Assembly: GCA_951406725.2 (NCBI GenBank)
Contig: OX597815.1
Span: forward strand, 30,566,001-30,630,000
DNA: 64,000 bases
Reading direction: 5' to 3'
Source: Octopus vulgaris
Taxonomy: Eukaryota
Part shown: in pieces, positions 26,684 to 40,714 of the stretch
How the letters are laid out: each line of letters starts with the position of its first letter
Numbering within the stretch: the first letter of the stretch is position 1
Notes under the pieces: generated by a model
Told to the model about the DNA's origin: nothing
Databases searched by the model: none
The model's input: only the letters and a program-made list of their open reading frames with translations
Program-made: the position numbers and the translations under genes

Positions 26684-27048
26684 CAAACAAGGACAGACAA
26701 AGGGATTAAGTCGACTATATCGACCCCAGTGCGAAACTGGTACTTTATTTATCGACCCCGAAAGGATGAAAGGCAAAGTCGACCTCGGCGAAATTTGAAC
26801 TCACAACGTAACGGCAGACGAAATACCTATTTCTTTATTACCCACAAGGGGCAAAACATAGAGGGGACAAACATATGTATTAAGTCGATTACATCGACCC
26901 AGTGCGTAGCTGGTACTTATTTTAATCGACCCCGAAAGGATGAAAGGCAAAGTCGACCTCGGCGGAATTTGAACTCAGAACGTAACGACAGACGAAATAC
27001 CGCTAAACATTTCGCTCGGCGCGCTAACGTTTCTGCCAACTCGCCGCC
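26684..27048 (-). mobile_element. SINE family E partial tandem dimer
   Basis: Two close copies of the 23475-23706 body with the same junction GAAATACCTATTTC. Confidence 0.88.
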
Positions 27049-27221
27049 AGAGAGAAATGGGGGTATACGTAGAAGGTTAGAAGAGTGAAGTACATAAAAG
27101 ATAATAGTGACAATCAAGAACAAGCAATTTATGAAAGTTAGAAAGTAAGTAATAGTAAGAGTAAAAGTTTTCTTTAGATAATTTGCTTATAGTTGAGATT
27201 ATATGCATATGTTTGGAGAGT

Positions 27222-27609
27222 GGAGGCGCAATGGCCCAGTGGTTAGAGCAGCGGACTCGCGGTCATAGGATCGCGGTTTCGATTCCCAGACCGGGCATTG
27301 TGAGTGTTTATTGCGCGAAAACACCTAAAGCTCCACGAGGCTCCGGCAGGGGATGGTGGTGATCCCTGCTGTACTCTTTCACCACAACTTTCTCTCACTC
27401 TTACTTCCTGTTTCAGTTGTACCTATATTTCAAAGGGCCGGCCTTGTCACTCTCTGTGTCACGCTGAATATCCCCGAGAACTACGTTAAGGGTACACGTG
27501 TCTGTGGAGTGCTCAGCCACTTACGCGTTAATTTCACGAGCAGGCTGTTCCGTTGATTCGGATCAACCGGAACCCTCGTCGTCGTAACCGACGGAGTGCT
27601 TCAAAAAAA
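27222..27609 (+). mobile_element. Full-length young SINE family A
   Basis: Near-identical to 2046-2426; short A tail; 12-bp TSD atgtttggagag (27209-27220/27610-27621). Confidence 0.93.
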
Positions 27610-28295
27610 ATGTTTGGAGAGGAGTAGATAAGAAGCCTAATGAGATAAGATGCAAACAACTTTGTATTATGAGGCCCCTAGGAAGTAAGCTCCAAGGGCC
27701 GTTAGTTGGGAAGAGGTAAGTAGAGCTATTCCTTGTAGTAGGGTAAAAAATATCAGCTACTTATTCATTTGCCAAATTTCATCTCATAAAGTTTACTTAT
27801 TAGTCTTTTTTATCATATTCATTTCCTTCTGTTTGGTCTCGCGTAATTCTTTCTATCTGTTCTCGTCGAATATCTTTTAATTAATTTTAATCAGATCATA
27901 TATTAACTTAAACCGGTTTCAACTCTAGTACGTTCTTATGATCACCCTTTCTCACTGTCTATCTTGCTTATATTGTTTCTTTCTTTCTCCCGTCCGCTCA
28001 CTCTCTTTATATTCCTTTCATTTCATCACCATTCTCCTCGTTTAGTTTGATTCTCTGAGAGATTATGCTTCAAATTTTAAGTTTTTCATAATATGAAATT
28101 TTGTGACTTCCGTATTTACCGCTTAGTTTCATCATCTGATACATTTCCCCTGTTTAAAATCTTATTTAGTTTATTTACATAGAAAGAATATTGCAGAATA
28201 TCGCAAAATATTTTTTTGAAAATATCTTTTCTGAGTATAAAATGTTTTGAGTTCTTTAGATAAATAGTGGCCCCACTTGCTTTAGAAGCAAAACT

Positions 28296-28622
28296 TCCAT
28301 CCATCCATCCATCCATCCATCCATCCATCCATCCATCCACCCATCCATCCATCCATCCATCCTTCCATCCATCCATCCATCCATCCATCCATCCATCCAT
28401 CCATCCATCCATCCATCCATCCATCCATCCATCCATCCATCCATCCATCCACGTACGTGCGTGCGTGTGTGCGTGCGTACCATACATACCTACCTACCTA
28501 CATACATACATACACACATACATACATACATACACACACACATACATACATACATGCATACATACATACATACATACATACATACATACATACATACATA
28601 CATACATACATACATACACATA
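28296..28622. repeat. (CCAT)n then (CATA)n microsatellite
   Basis: Direct inspection. Confidence 0.95.
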
Positions 28623-29719
28623 CGTTATGAGCTCTTAATATATCAGAAGTGCTTCTTTTCATTCATAAATTCACTACGGGTAAATCTATAGATTTTAGCC
28701 GTTACTGCATTTATGAAATGAAAATTTCCCCAATAAATTAATTAAATATTTATCTTTATACAAACTCAATGCAGAGGGTGAAACAATAATCTACTAAATA
28801 CGCCTTTAATTTTCGTTAGCAATCTCTTATTTTTCTCTTTAACTTAACCTACGACTGTGAAATTGTGTTTAAAGCCACTGTTATTAAGTTTATAATTAAA
28901 TAAACTCATTTGAATATATAACACGCGGTTGCATTTCTTAAGCAAATTACTGAGGCGTCAATAGTGTTTATTTTTCATACTAAACTTTAATCCATAGTTT
29001 TTATTAGTGGTACTGCAGCATTTATAGAATAATTAGATTTAATAGATACATTAGATAGTAGAATATTGATCCCTCTTTTACCGTCCACAGTCAGGTTGTG
29101 TAAACATAGTGTTATCAACGTCATCTTTATCATAAATAACAGCGGCACTAACATCAACAATATCGTCGTCATTGTCGTCGCCTTCATCATTAACGTAGTC
29201 AACACCGCCAACACCACAATCACCATCACGATCGCAATCATCATTGTCATCATCATCATCATTAGTAGTAATAATAATAGTAGTAGTAGTAATAGTATTA
29301 GTAGCACTAGTAGTAAAAAAAAAGAGGGGAAGAATAGAGAGGAAAAATATACAACGCAGAAGGGAGAAAAAAAATCTGGTTGCAAAGAGAACGAGAATGT
29401 TTATGATGAATAGTTGTTGTTTGAAGAAAAGAAAAAAAAAACTACTGCAAAAAAGGTAAAAGTACGAGGGACAAAAAAATGTAAGATAAAGGCTGGAAAG
29501 AGAACGTTTGAGAAGGAGACAGTGGAGGTATATAAGAGAGAGACATATGTAGATGAACTACATTTCATTGTATGTGTGAGTTGCAAAAGAAAAAACAAAT
29601 AAGGCAGTGAGATCGATGTGGTGAGATAATGTAGCATTATAGAGAAAAAATAAAAGAAATATAGAAAGAAGCTAAATAAATGGTAAAAAAAGATAGAATA
29701 GCTTAGTGAGATTATAGAA

Positions 29720-29774
<55 letters not shown>

Positions 29775-29870
29775 ATAAGCGAATGTGAGTTTGGTGTAGT
29801 ACGTACGTGAATATGAAAGAGTATGTTACTAGAGAGAGTATGTGTGATTGATAGAGAAGAGAAAATATTG

Positions 29871-30032
29871 TGTGTATGTGCTCACGTGTGTGCGTGCGCG
29901 TATGCTTTCACGTGCGTGCGTGTGTATGCGCTAACATGTGTCCATATGTGTATGCGCTAACGTGTGTGCATATGTGTATGCGCTAACGTGTGTGCATGCG
30001 TGTATGCGCTCACGTGTGTGCATGTGTGTATG
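29871..30032. repeat. Minisatellite with a unit of about 26 bp (tgtgtatgcgctaacgtgtgtgcata), about 6 copies
   Basis: Direct inspection. Confidence 0.8.
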
Positions 30033-30149
30033 TGTGTCTGTATATAAGGAGATAGATGCCGAGGAGGATTGTGTGCGAGAGTAATCAAGTCTCCATCATA
30101 CACATCGCAATTTGGTATTTATTTTACCTAGACTTCTTTTTGTTGTTGT

Positions 30150-30830
30150 TGACCGATATGAAGCCAAAGAATAAGAAAAGTAATGAAATCGAATTATTTA
30201 ACAATGAATGATTTCCCATCAGCCCATGAGCCATTATCGTCTGCCTTTCGTTGTTGATTCAATTTTCTCTGATTTTGCTGACATGCAAGCAGCCGTGATC
30301 ATTATTTGGAACCGCGTTGAAAGATATCATGTAAGGATTAGCAAACCAGCATTGCAGAGAAAGCATCGGTACATCTGTTAGTTTTACACGATCCATTTTG
30401 AACAGATTTCTCTGAGAACTAACTAACCTGATCTTCATTTCCCATAATTCCTTACGGATTACTTTCGCTGAGTTTTACTGACATGAAGCCGATATCTTAA
30501 AATCTTGTAGGATGGCTTGAATGCCGTGCAACCTAAAGAATAGTTGTGCTACAAGGAGATAATAACTGATGGAATTTACGTGCATGAACATTCATGCATG
30601 AATGATTCATTGATGCATGCAACTAGTTTCTTCCCAGAAAAGAAACAGCCTTGACTTTATAATTTACGGCTATACTGAGACGTGAGTGGCAACAAGTGCG
30701 GTCATATTGGTAAAGTATTGATGAAAATGCCATCGGAATTGTCAAAAATAGAAAATCGGAATTTTATCGAAGATTTAGGAAGCATGACGAACAGTTATGT
30801 AAATGAAGATGAGCAGTCGTTTGATTAAAG
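30150..30830 (+). pseudogene. Possible decayed Tc1/mariner (maT/DD37D-like) transposase
   Basis: L*DGLNA (QDGA motif) and SQKRNSLDFIIYG (SPDLNPLDYxxWG motif), both heavily decayed. Confidence 0.3.
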
Positions 30831-31139
30831 CACTACATTATATAACTAGTTCATAATTATCTGTGAAAGATTGAAGACTACTCAAGGACTATATGTATGT
30901 GTATGTGTGTGCGAATACGCACGCCGCGCGCATGTATAAAATAGTCGAACAAAATGAAATAATTAAGTGTATAACTGAAAACAATGTTAGTGGTATTTGA
31001 AATATTCATATCTCCTTTAGCTGTTTCAATAACGCTTTCCATACACAACACACACGTTCACATACACGCACCGACACACACATACAGACACAAGTGGGGA
31101 TGTATATGTGTACGTATGTATTTCTATGTGTATGTGCGT

Positions 31140-31173
<34 letters not shown>

Positions 31174-31214
31174 TCTTTCTGACTGCTTCTCAATGTTATT
31201 TTGTTGTTTGTATA

Positions 31215-31502
31215 ATAATGGCAGCCTGTAGGATTGTGAGTTCGGTTTTCGGTGGCGAGTTGTGTCTTTAAGCAAGAAACTTTATCTCACGTTGCTCTAG
31301 ACCAGTCAACTGGGAAAAATGAGTTCTACCTGCAATTCAAAGGGCCAGCTTGTTACACTTTGTATCATACTGAATCTTCCTGAAAACTACATTAAGGGTA
31401 TATGTTTCTGTGGAATACTCAGCCACTTGAACGTTAATTTCACGAGCAGGCCGTTCCGTTGATTCAACCAACTGAAACACTCGTAACAACCGACGGCGTG
31501 CG
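31215..31502 (+). mobile_element. CORE-like SINE with tail X
   Basis: gttgtgtctttaagcaagaaac...aaaaatgagt followed by a tail matching family A (aatttcacgagcagg...ccgacgg). Confidence 0.8.
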
Positions 31503-31578
31503 AGTTTTTATATACTTACATACAAACACACACACAAACAGAGGCACAAATGTGGTTGTGTGTTAAGAAGCTTGCTTC

Positions 31579-33055
31579 ACGCGCATGTGTCGGTCTATTC
31601 GCTGTGTCGATTTTTACGAGACGGACGGAATATTTTGACCTGCTTGGCAGCGGTTTGTCGGTGAGTGTTGTTCAGGTGGAAAGGAATATATTTGGACCTT
31701 AGCAAGTATGAACTGTCCTCAGCGGAGGAAGAACTCGTTAAGGCGGTAAATAGAATGAACGAGCATTTAGAAAGAGTAAAGAGTTTTGCTGAGAAAGGCA
31801 GAGCTGAAAAAAAGGGAGGTGGACCTGAACTGAAGGAGCTGTGTAAGATGACACAGAAGGTGGGCGGTGACGTAAAAGTTATTACCACTGAAAAGAGTCA
31901 TGGAAAATATGGAAAAGATCATTACCTACAAGGTGTATTCAGTGGAGAGTAGAAAGGTGGAAGGGGATGGAGATGGAAAAAGTAGACAAAGCATTGAAAG
32001 GACTTTCGAAGGAAGTGACATACATACCGAAAGGAAATGGATATGGGACGGTAGTTGTCCAGTTTAGGACAGTGGAGGTGGCAAAGAGGCTGACGAGTGC
32101 AAATGTAAAAACTGAGGAATTAGTACTTCTACCTATGTACCTTGGAAGAATGACTTTCAAGGTGAGGGTAGAAGGAAATCCACCTGATAAAGAAGTGGCT
32201 TGAGTTGTGGCAGCCGTTCTCGTTGGTAGTGAGGAGGAGTGGCTGTAATCCAAGCCACAGATATGGAGGAAAGAGGATATAGATGGGAAACTTTGGAAAT
32301 CATCATACAAGCGGAGGCGAAACGGCTGGAAAATTTGGCGGAGGAGGTGACGTTGGGAGTACTGGTAGAGGGCAGAGTTCAGCGATGCTTTAAATGTGGC
32401 CAAAAAGATCACATTAGAGCTCACTGCTCTCTACAGAGGAAAATGAGAGAAGAAGCGGTGCTGGAGTCGAAGGAGAAAAAGGAAGAAGTACAGATAGATG
32501 GAAGGAACAAGGAGGATGAATGGACAGTGACAGAGAGGTAAAAGGAAAACGAGAAAGATGAAAAACAGTCAGTGTGATGTGGGAGGGAGCCCAGACCAAC
32601 TCCATCCCACCCAAGACCACTCAGACACTATACAGACACCAAACCCACCCACCCCCTCACCCCACAGGAAAAAAAGAAGAAAGAACAGACACCATAAAAT
32701 TTACAAGACCCCTCTCCCGGTGAAAAAGTTTACGTATTCATAGAGGAAAGAGAGTGTTGTCACTCACTGATGGGAAAACGGTAAACGAAAGACTAGATCA
32801 AAGACTAAAGAGGACTCGGGCCCCAGAGGTGGCGAGTGGTGTAACTCAGTGTGGGGTGAGTAACACATTTTTCATATTCTCATTTCTCAGTTATCATTCA
32901 TGTACCATTATTTCAATATTTTGATTTTAATGTTTTTATGTTCATTTTCACGTATCCTTCATAACATCATATTTATATTTCAATTGTTATATGTCCCCGC
33001 ATGTGTTGTAGTGTACCCCACTAAGTATTGCCTTTATGGCAATTTAAAAGAAATA
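31579..33055 (+). mobile_element. ORF1-only (HAL1-like) L1/Tx1 element inserted in a family D SINE head
   Basis: Broken ORF1 31650-32540 with CFKCGQKDHIRAHC knuckle; no ORF2; A-rich end; degenerate 14-bp TSD aagaagcttgcttc/aagcagttttcttc; the SINE resumes at 33070 (ccaatcatatggttccggg). Confidence 0.75.
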
Positions 33056-33469
33056 AAGCAGTTTTCTTCCCAATCATATGGTTCCGGGTTCGGTTCCACT
33101 ACGGGTTCAATCCCACCTGTGCAGAAAGTGAATAAAACACGTCGTATGTGTGTGTGCGTGTGTGTATGTGCGTACGAGTGTGTAATTTGGCGGGTGGGTG
33201 ATTGTGCGTGTGTGATTCTGTTAATTCCCAAGCCATTGTATTGGCTTGGGAATTATTAGGAAATACATTTTGAATTGATTTAATCGTTTTTGTTTTGATG
33301 ACGCTCGAGAAGATGTGAATGCTCAACTCGTATAACTGATTAGGTCGGGCATTTGCGTATTTTGTAAACATCCCTATGTTGGGAAGCAAAAGGACATAGT
33401 AATTGTATTGAAACCAAATTGTATCCCATCACACGACTACTATCTGTAATTCCGATCGTGCTGCATTTC

Positions 33470-33630
33470 TGCTACTACTACTGTTGCTAACGCCTCTGGT
33501 GGTGCTGCTGCTACTACTAATCTAATATTACTACTATCACCATCGCCACCACCACCACCACCACCACCACCCACCACCACCACCACTACTACTACACCAC
33601 CACCACCACCATCACTACTACTACTACTAT

Positions 33631-33681
<51 letters not shown>

Positions 33682-33727
33682 CACGACGACGACCACCACC
33701 ACAACAACCACAACGACGACAACCATA

Positions 33728-33777
<50 letters not shown>

Positions 33778-33861
33778 ATAATAATAATAATGATAATAAT
33801 AAATAAGGTCTCTGGGTTAGACTTGAAGCCAACTTGTACAAATGCACAGCAAAAGTCAAAC

Positions 33862-33939
<78 letters not shown>

Positions 33940-33960
33940 GCTACTACTATTACTACTACA
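33470..33960. repeat. Compound trinucleotide tracts (CCA, CTA, AAT)
   Basis: Direct inspection. Confidence 0.92.
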
Positions 33961-35020
33961 GTAATATTACTTTTTCTCGCCAGAGTAAATGAAGATTTCA
34001 AATTTATTTATATTCTGGGTTCAAAACTGAATCGTGATACAAATGAACGAAATACAGGGTAAGGAAGGAGATATTGATGAGGCGTTTCATATGAAAATAC
34101 GTAGTAGCGCAAAACTTAAACTGGGTACTATCTTGATAACATAGATTATGGTTATTTCTTTGTATGTTACTCTTGGTAGCCTCAAATAGCTATGTTCTTG
34201 TCATGCTTAACGAAATGTGGTTAATGTTCCTTTTTTCTTCCCTTTTAATATTTTTTGGCTCTTCTGAATAAGAACCTAATGGCTTGGTGAATTTATATTT
34301 GAGGGATGAGAAGCAACTGGATAAATATCTTCCTGGTTCCCACCACACCTTTCTCCGTATGATATAAAGTTATTTTTAAGCAAGAACATATTAAAGAAAA
34401 TGCATTTAAGCTATCTCAAACTATTTATTTATTTCTAATGTTAATTATTTTAGTGTTTTCTTTTGAATATCACTCGTTTTACTTGGACACGTTTAGCATT
34501 TTTAGACCTCAATACATCAAGCGATGAAGAAAAACAAGTTGTAAACGATGGCCAACATGTGTGTGTGTTTCTTTATTGCTATGCATGACTTCTAATTTAA
34601 TGTATAGTCACAAGTAGGCCGGTTTTTCTTATAACGGTAAACGACAATTTCTTTTGCTATAAAGGGCGTAGTTGTACTATACGTCGTATTTTCATTTGCT
34701 TTCCCCTAACTCTGACGTGTCAGCTGCCAACAAATTATATGGAGACCCGCAGTAATTCATCAACTAACGGCAAACACAAGAAAACATTGCACTAGTTCAC
34801 TCCTAACACAATGAGACATAGAAAAAGTATAAACAATTCAGGTCAAATGCAACTGTTTGCTTTTTTTCTTCGACAAATATGTTGAGTATTATATATTTGA
34901 AGAAGATGGTGCCTATATATGTGTTGCACAGATAGAGACGCACGCACACACACACTCACACACACACTCAAACACACATATGTATATGTATGTGTGTGAG
35001 TGTGTATATATATATATATT

Positions 35021-35074
<54 letters not shown>

Positions 35075-35371
35075 CATGCACATATATTTATAACAACCAT
35101 CACAATATCTCATACTTGTTACTGTGGTCACGTGCCATACGTCATGTGATACATCTCACTTCTAAATCTAGACTTATCTTAACTTTATAATTCTTGTTTT
35201 GAGCGCAACAGGGAGTCTTTGTCCTTCTCTTCCAAGAATATGTATGTAAATAACCTACTATCTGCCACATCCAACAAGGTTCACTTCAACGCAAACTCAC
35301 CCCTCAGTCCTCTCTGAATTTCCCCAACTATGCATCATCCAGAGTCAAATCTGCATTAATTTATAAACATA

Positions 35372-35538
35372 GGCGCAGGAGTGGCTGTGTGGTAAGTAGC
35401 TTGCTAAACAGCCACATGGTTCCGGGTTCAGTCCCACTGCGTGACATCTTGGGGAAGTGTCTTCTGCTATAGCCCCGGGCCGACCAATGACTTGTGAGTG
35501 GATTTGGTAGACGGAAACTGAAAGAAGCCTGTCGTATA

Positions 35539-35587
<49 letters not shown>

Positions 35588-35803
35588 TTGTGTGTCTGTG
35601 TTTGTCCGCCTAGCATTGCTTGATAACCGATGCTGGTGTGTTTACGTCCCCGTTACTTAGCGGTTCGGCAAAAGAGACTGATAGAATAAGTACTGGGCTT
35701 ACAAAGAATAAGTTCCGGGGTCGATTTGCTCGACTAAAGGCGGTGCTCCAGCATGGCCGCAGTCAAATGACTGAAACAAGTAAAAGAGTAAAGAGTAAAG
35801 AGT
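35372..35803 (+). mobile_element. Full-length SINE family D (tRNA head, internal TA/TG microsatellite, AAAGAGT tail)
   Basis: A box TGGCTGTGTGG, B-box-like GGTTCAGTCC; many homologous copies in the window. Confidence 0.92.
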
Positions 35804-37199
35804 ATAGACCTTGAAAGCATCACCCGATGGAGATATGAGTGTAGTGTTTCTCTCGACAATAAAAAATAAATAACTATTCACATCAAGAAATCTCACCCCA
35901 CTTCACCATAGTTACAGTACGAAATTAGTGTTCTCACAGGTAATGTAAATGTCAGGTCTGAGGATTACCGAGGATCTCTCAGGTGAAGCACATCATTAAC
36001 ATAACCAGGATGTGAAAACTAGTTAGTGTCTAATATTATTTTAACCCAAGAGTTATTTACACTCTACAAAGCTAAGTAGTGCAACTAAGTCTGGCCTCAA
36101 TATCCGAGAAAGGTGTTGCTGATGCTCACAGAGATATCCTGGGTTACAGCTAGAGAAAAACAACCCATTTGCTAGGCATAAAATGTTTCACATATAAACT
36201 CCAGCTTCTTGCGTTTTCTACCACTACTAAGGGCTGTGAATGTCCAGACTAAATCTTCTGTCTCTTCACCCATGTCGTATGCCTCTAGTCAGGTTTCTTA
36301 CAAGCTGTTACACATAGATCTGTCCCTTGTTTCCAGGATGTTGGTACTCTGTTATACCTTCACCACCAATGTATTTCTTGCATATGTCAACTTATATTAG
36401 TGTAAGCAGAAAATAATCGCTACCAGTCTTACAAGTTTCAGAGCTCCTGCAAAAGTTAAGGGCATTTTCCCGACCTTACCTAGGGACTCTTGATTCTATC
36501 ACCTTACTAAAAAAATCCATGTACCATGTGCCTCTTCGTGGGATTAATATTTCCCCCACTAACTCTAATACTGTTAAATCGACATTCTTTATTCCCTCTG
36601 AAATGTGGTTTGCTGACTGAAGTCTCGCACCACACTCTTTAACTTACGTACTATCTCTACCGTATAACGACTCCATTTAACGAACCTTTTGCATCCTCTA
36701 ATAAGCTAACTGGTGACATTTATGCCAATTCTGCGTCGATTATCTCTGACATCAAATCTACAAATCTATCAGACATGCAAAGCAGGATGTTTGAAACCCT
36801 ATTTATCTGAGTGTCTTGATGTTGCTAACATAATCAAGGTCTAAAACTTATTTATGCAAGGCAAGACTTAATCACTGCGCAGGCGATGAACATTGGCAAA
36901 CACTGGCAACATTGTCTGAAAGAAGATTCACCATCTTCCCCACACAAGATGCTTTTTTTGTAACTTTATTACTTGTTATAAAGCATAGCAAAATATCCCT
37001 TAAATCACACTCTTACCTTTTAAATTAGGAATTTCACATTGGTTAATATGCTTCTTGTATACTTTAGCTTTCAGAAAGCTAGAGACTAGAATACTGTTTA
37101 GTCATTGATTTGCTTGATCAAGTTTGAGTAATACTTAATTACCAACCAAAATATGAGAATACGAATAATAATAATTGCATATCTTGCAAAACTACAATC

Positions 37200-38350
37200 A
37201 AAGAATACAGAGCATTTCCATACTGTACTACATCTGCAGATACTTCAAGAAAACTTGAAGAGTTGTCACTAAGTTTCAGAATATTTCTTCTCATCCCCTC
37301 AACCAAAATTTAATTTCAGTTTCTATCTCAACGTCATTATGCTGTATTTCGTCCTTATTTTGCTTCTTAAGCTACAACCTCACGCATACTTTCAAGTGTA
37401 CATAGACACAAACAAACTGGTCCCAATATCAGGACATTAACAACGTTTTACTCTGTCTATACTATGAAAATCATCGAGTGAAATTCTCCCTTATTGACTT
37501 CATTCGGTTTTCATATCTAAATTCATGTGAGACCACTCAATTGTATTCAGCATGCTCCAACGGAGTTCTTGCCAACTCTTCCCCTATTATCAATTGTCTA
37601 CTCCAGCTTTTTCTTCCAAATACTTTCTTCTTTAAAGATCAACTATAATGATCTTATATATTTCCATATTTGAACACATTTAAGTAGACGATAATTCTTT
37701 ATTCTTTTTAGCTCTATGAACATTGACAATTTACCCGTTTTGTGCTCGAAATGCGCCGCTCTGTAAGACTCAGATTATCAAACTATATATCATCCAATAA
37801 GATACAACAAGCTGGTCGGCTTTATCAATGTGGTCATTCAATATTATATGCATCACATAATATATCACGTTGTATAATTTCGCTGACTATGAACGAATAG
37901 CAACAATTAAACCACTTAAACTTGATACAATGTTAGGTTTCATCATTCCTAACATTGTCCGGACTACTTGAATGCTATGTTTTTGTTTTAAAACCAAGAA
38001 GTAAATCAGGTCTACTAAGTTGCTGCCTATGTACGAAGTGAAAGTAGGACCACATAGTTCTTCAAACTAGCGATTCCTATACCAGTCTAGTGATATAGAA
38101 TTCTATATCTATCTTTGTGTTTCTTGGGTCACATGTATTTTACGTCATATACACCTCCCTAAAACATGTTTCCAATGTTTATCTCGTAAGATGAAATATT
38201 TCGGATTTCCTGGAAAAGTTTTAACTGCAAACCTCGACCAACTTATCGTGAAAGTAGACACTGCACCGACCTCAAAGGTTTTCAAAAGTAATTGGTACAG
38301 TCTCGTCTCTCCAGATTAACTTTTAAAACATTTTTAATGTATAAGTGTAA
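37200..38350 (+). pseudogene. Decayed CR1/L2-like LINE reverse-transcriptase remnant
   Basis: HI*VDDNS (YADD-like) near 37680 and LLPMYEVKVGPH (LY...VRPHLEY-like) near 38020. Confidence 0.4.
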
Positions 38351-39136
38351 ATATTTATGTCTGCCAAACCAAGAATACCAGATTATATTTGTACATACAG
38401 CTAAAGAACATGTTATGTCATATCAATTCTTTTACCAACACTCTAAACAAATTGTTGCTGGAAAGCAAAAACGAAAAACAATATTAAACAGCAACGAATC
38501 AGTCTGATAAAACAATCATGCAAACAAAAATAATCTATCTAAAGCGTCGTCATAATAACAACTTCCCCAATTGCTAACAGATAGAAGCAAATGTCAAAGC
38601 AAAACATACAATTTTTTGGCTGTACTGCATTATAGTTTGACATGTATTGATAAAAAATGTATTAAGATTTAGTTGACGTCTTTATAAACATACAAGTTTG
38701 AGAATGCTACATATAGTTTTTTTTTAAAGTAGTTTGGCTAACAATTGCACCATCTCCTTTTAAATTGATTCGTTCGATATACTTTTGAGTTAAAGAGAAA
38801 TTTGCAGTAGACGAAGAAAGATGTTTATTTTATATTGGAAAACAATACAAGAGAGTAGATATAATGAAGTACTTTCCATTATATGCTCAATAATGCATGC
38901 TTACAGCGATGTTACTACAAGGCAGTCTAGACTCATATCTATTAATGCTTGAATATTTCTTCGATATATACGAGGTATACTAAGAATATAGAAGGACGGA
39001 GAGCCATATAGACTGTCACAGTTCTCGTTAGGTAAAAATGCATAGTAAATATTGCATTTGCTCAGCTGAAAGAGCGACAAAGCGAAACCCGGAGTATTAG
39101 CATTTTGTTATACACAAACCACTCACGTGAGCAAAC

Positions 39137-39187
<51 letters not shown>

Positions 39188-39549
39188 TGCGTGTGTGTGT
39201 AGTGTGTGAAAATGGTGATACAAAGTGACAACGAAGGAATATATTGAAAAAGCAGATAAAAACACCCAAACGACATTGACAAGCGGAATCCTCCATCAAT
39301 TCTTCATAAAAATGAGTATGAAACAGAGAAAGGATGAGAGAGCGTACAACAACCCTAATAGCTATGTGTTTTTCGAAATATCTTTGAAGAACCCTCCTTG
39401 TTTTATTCTATCACTAACTGAGAAGAAGGTTACTTTCTTCATACCTTATTTCAGACGACTTTTGGATTCATGTGCGGCTACGGGAAAACATACGTTCGAA
39501 AATGGTCGAGCTGTTTTAAGACAAATGAACATCGACACTAATAAATATA

Positions 39550-40714
39550 TTAGGTTGGCAACTAAGTTCCCGCAGATTTTTTAAAAAATTAAAGCTTTTA
39601 AAAGGTTTAGTAAAAAATTAGCAACTAATTAATCAGTAATGTATTCACCCTTCTTATTTGCAACTCCTTACCAACGTTCAACAAGAGTTTAATATCTCGT
39701 TGGTAGAAATCACCCGATTTCGACGCGAAAAATTCGATCCAACCAAGCTCTCAATTCTGCATCAGTATTGAACAAAACTCCGCGCATAGCATTTGAAAGA
39801 GATTGAAATAAGGTGAAAATCCGTTGGTACCAAATCAGGAGTGTACGGCGGGTATGGCAGCGCTTCCCAGCCATGCGTTTGAATGGCTTCCTTGGTCATA
39901 TTGGTGATATGAGGGCGGGCATTGTCTTGCAGCAGAACTCCATGCAGCCGATTAGGTCTTTTCTCTTGAATAGTCGTGTTGAGGCGTTCCATTTGTTGAA
40001 CACAGAGTTCCGCGTTGACCGTTTGGTTACGTTCAAGCAATTCATAATGGATAATCCCTTTCCAGTCCCACCATACGCACAACATCGTTTTACGCGGATG
40101 AAGATCTTGTTTCACGCGCGGTAAACCATTCCTTACGCTGCTTCATATTGATGTACAGACGCCATTTTTCATCACTAGTAATGATTCGGTAAAGAAATCG
40201 TTGCTTGTGTCCGTGAGTTGAGCGCTGACGAGTAAGCAAACCGGCTCCATACTTCTGAACCTTTCCCACCGAGTGAAGATGCTTCTCTATAGCAGTGTAG
40301 GAGCATTCCATTTTCTCTGCCAATTACATTGTCGTTTGACGAGAATTTTCGTGCAAAAGTTGATTTAATCGCTCTTTATCGAACTCAACTGGACGGCTAG
40401 AACAAGGTGCGTCTTTGAGTTCAAAATTTCCATTTTTGAACTTGGCATACAAATCACGAGCAGTTCTTTCAGCTATGGCACCTTCTCCATACACAGCACA
40501 AATGTCACGAGCAGCTTTTGCGGACTTAGAATCTTGATTGAAAGCAAAAAATAAGGAGGTGTCGAAAATGCTAAAGTTTTTCAGGTCATTTTAATGACCT
40601 GAAAATAAACAAAAATTAACTAAAATTAACTGGTTAAAGAAAAAAAAAACCCAAATATTCGAAAATGATTCGAAAATTAAAAAAAAAACAGCGGGAGCAT
40701 AGTTGCCAACCCAA
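39550..40714 (-). mobile_element. Mariner DNA transposon with both TIRs and a disrupted transposase
   Basis: TIRs ttaggttggcaactaagttcccgc / gcgggagcatagttgccaacccaa, TA TSD; ITSDEKW, MLCVWWDWKG, QDNARPH, YTPDLVPTDFHL (D,D34D); stops, frameshifts and a deletion. Confidence 0.95.
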
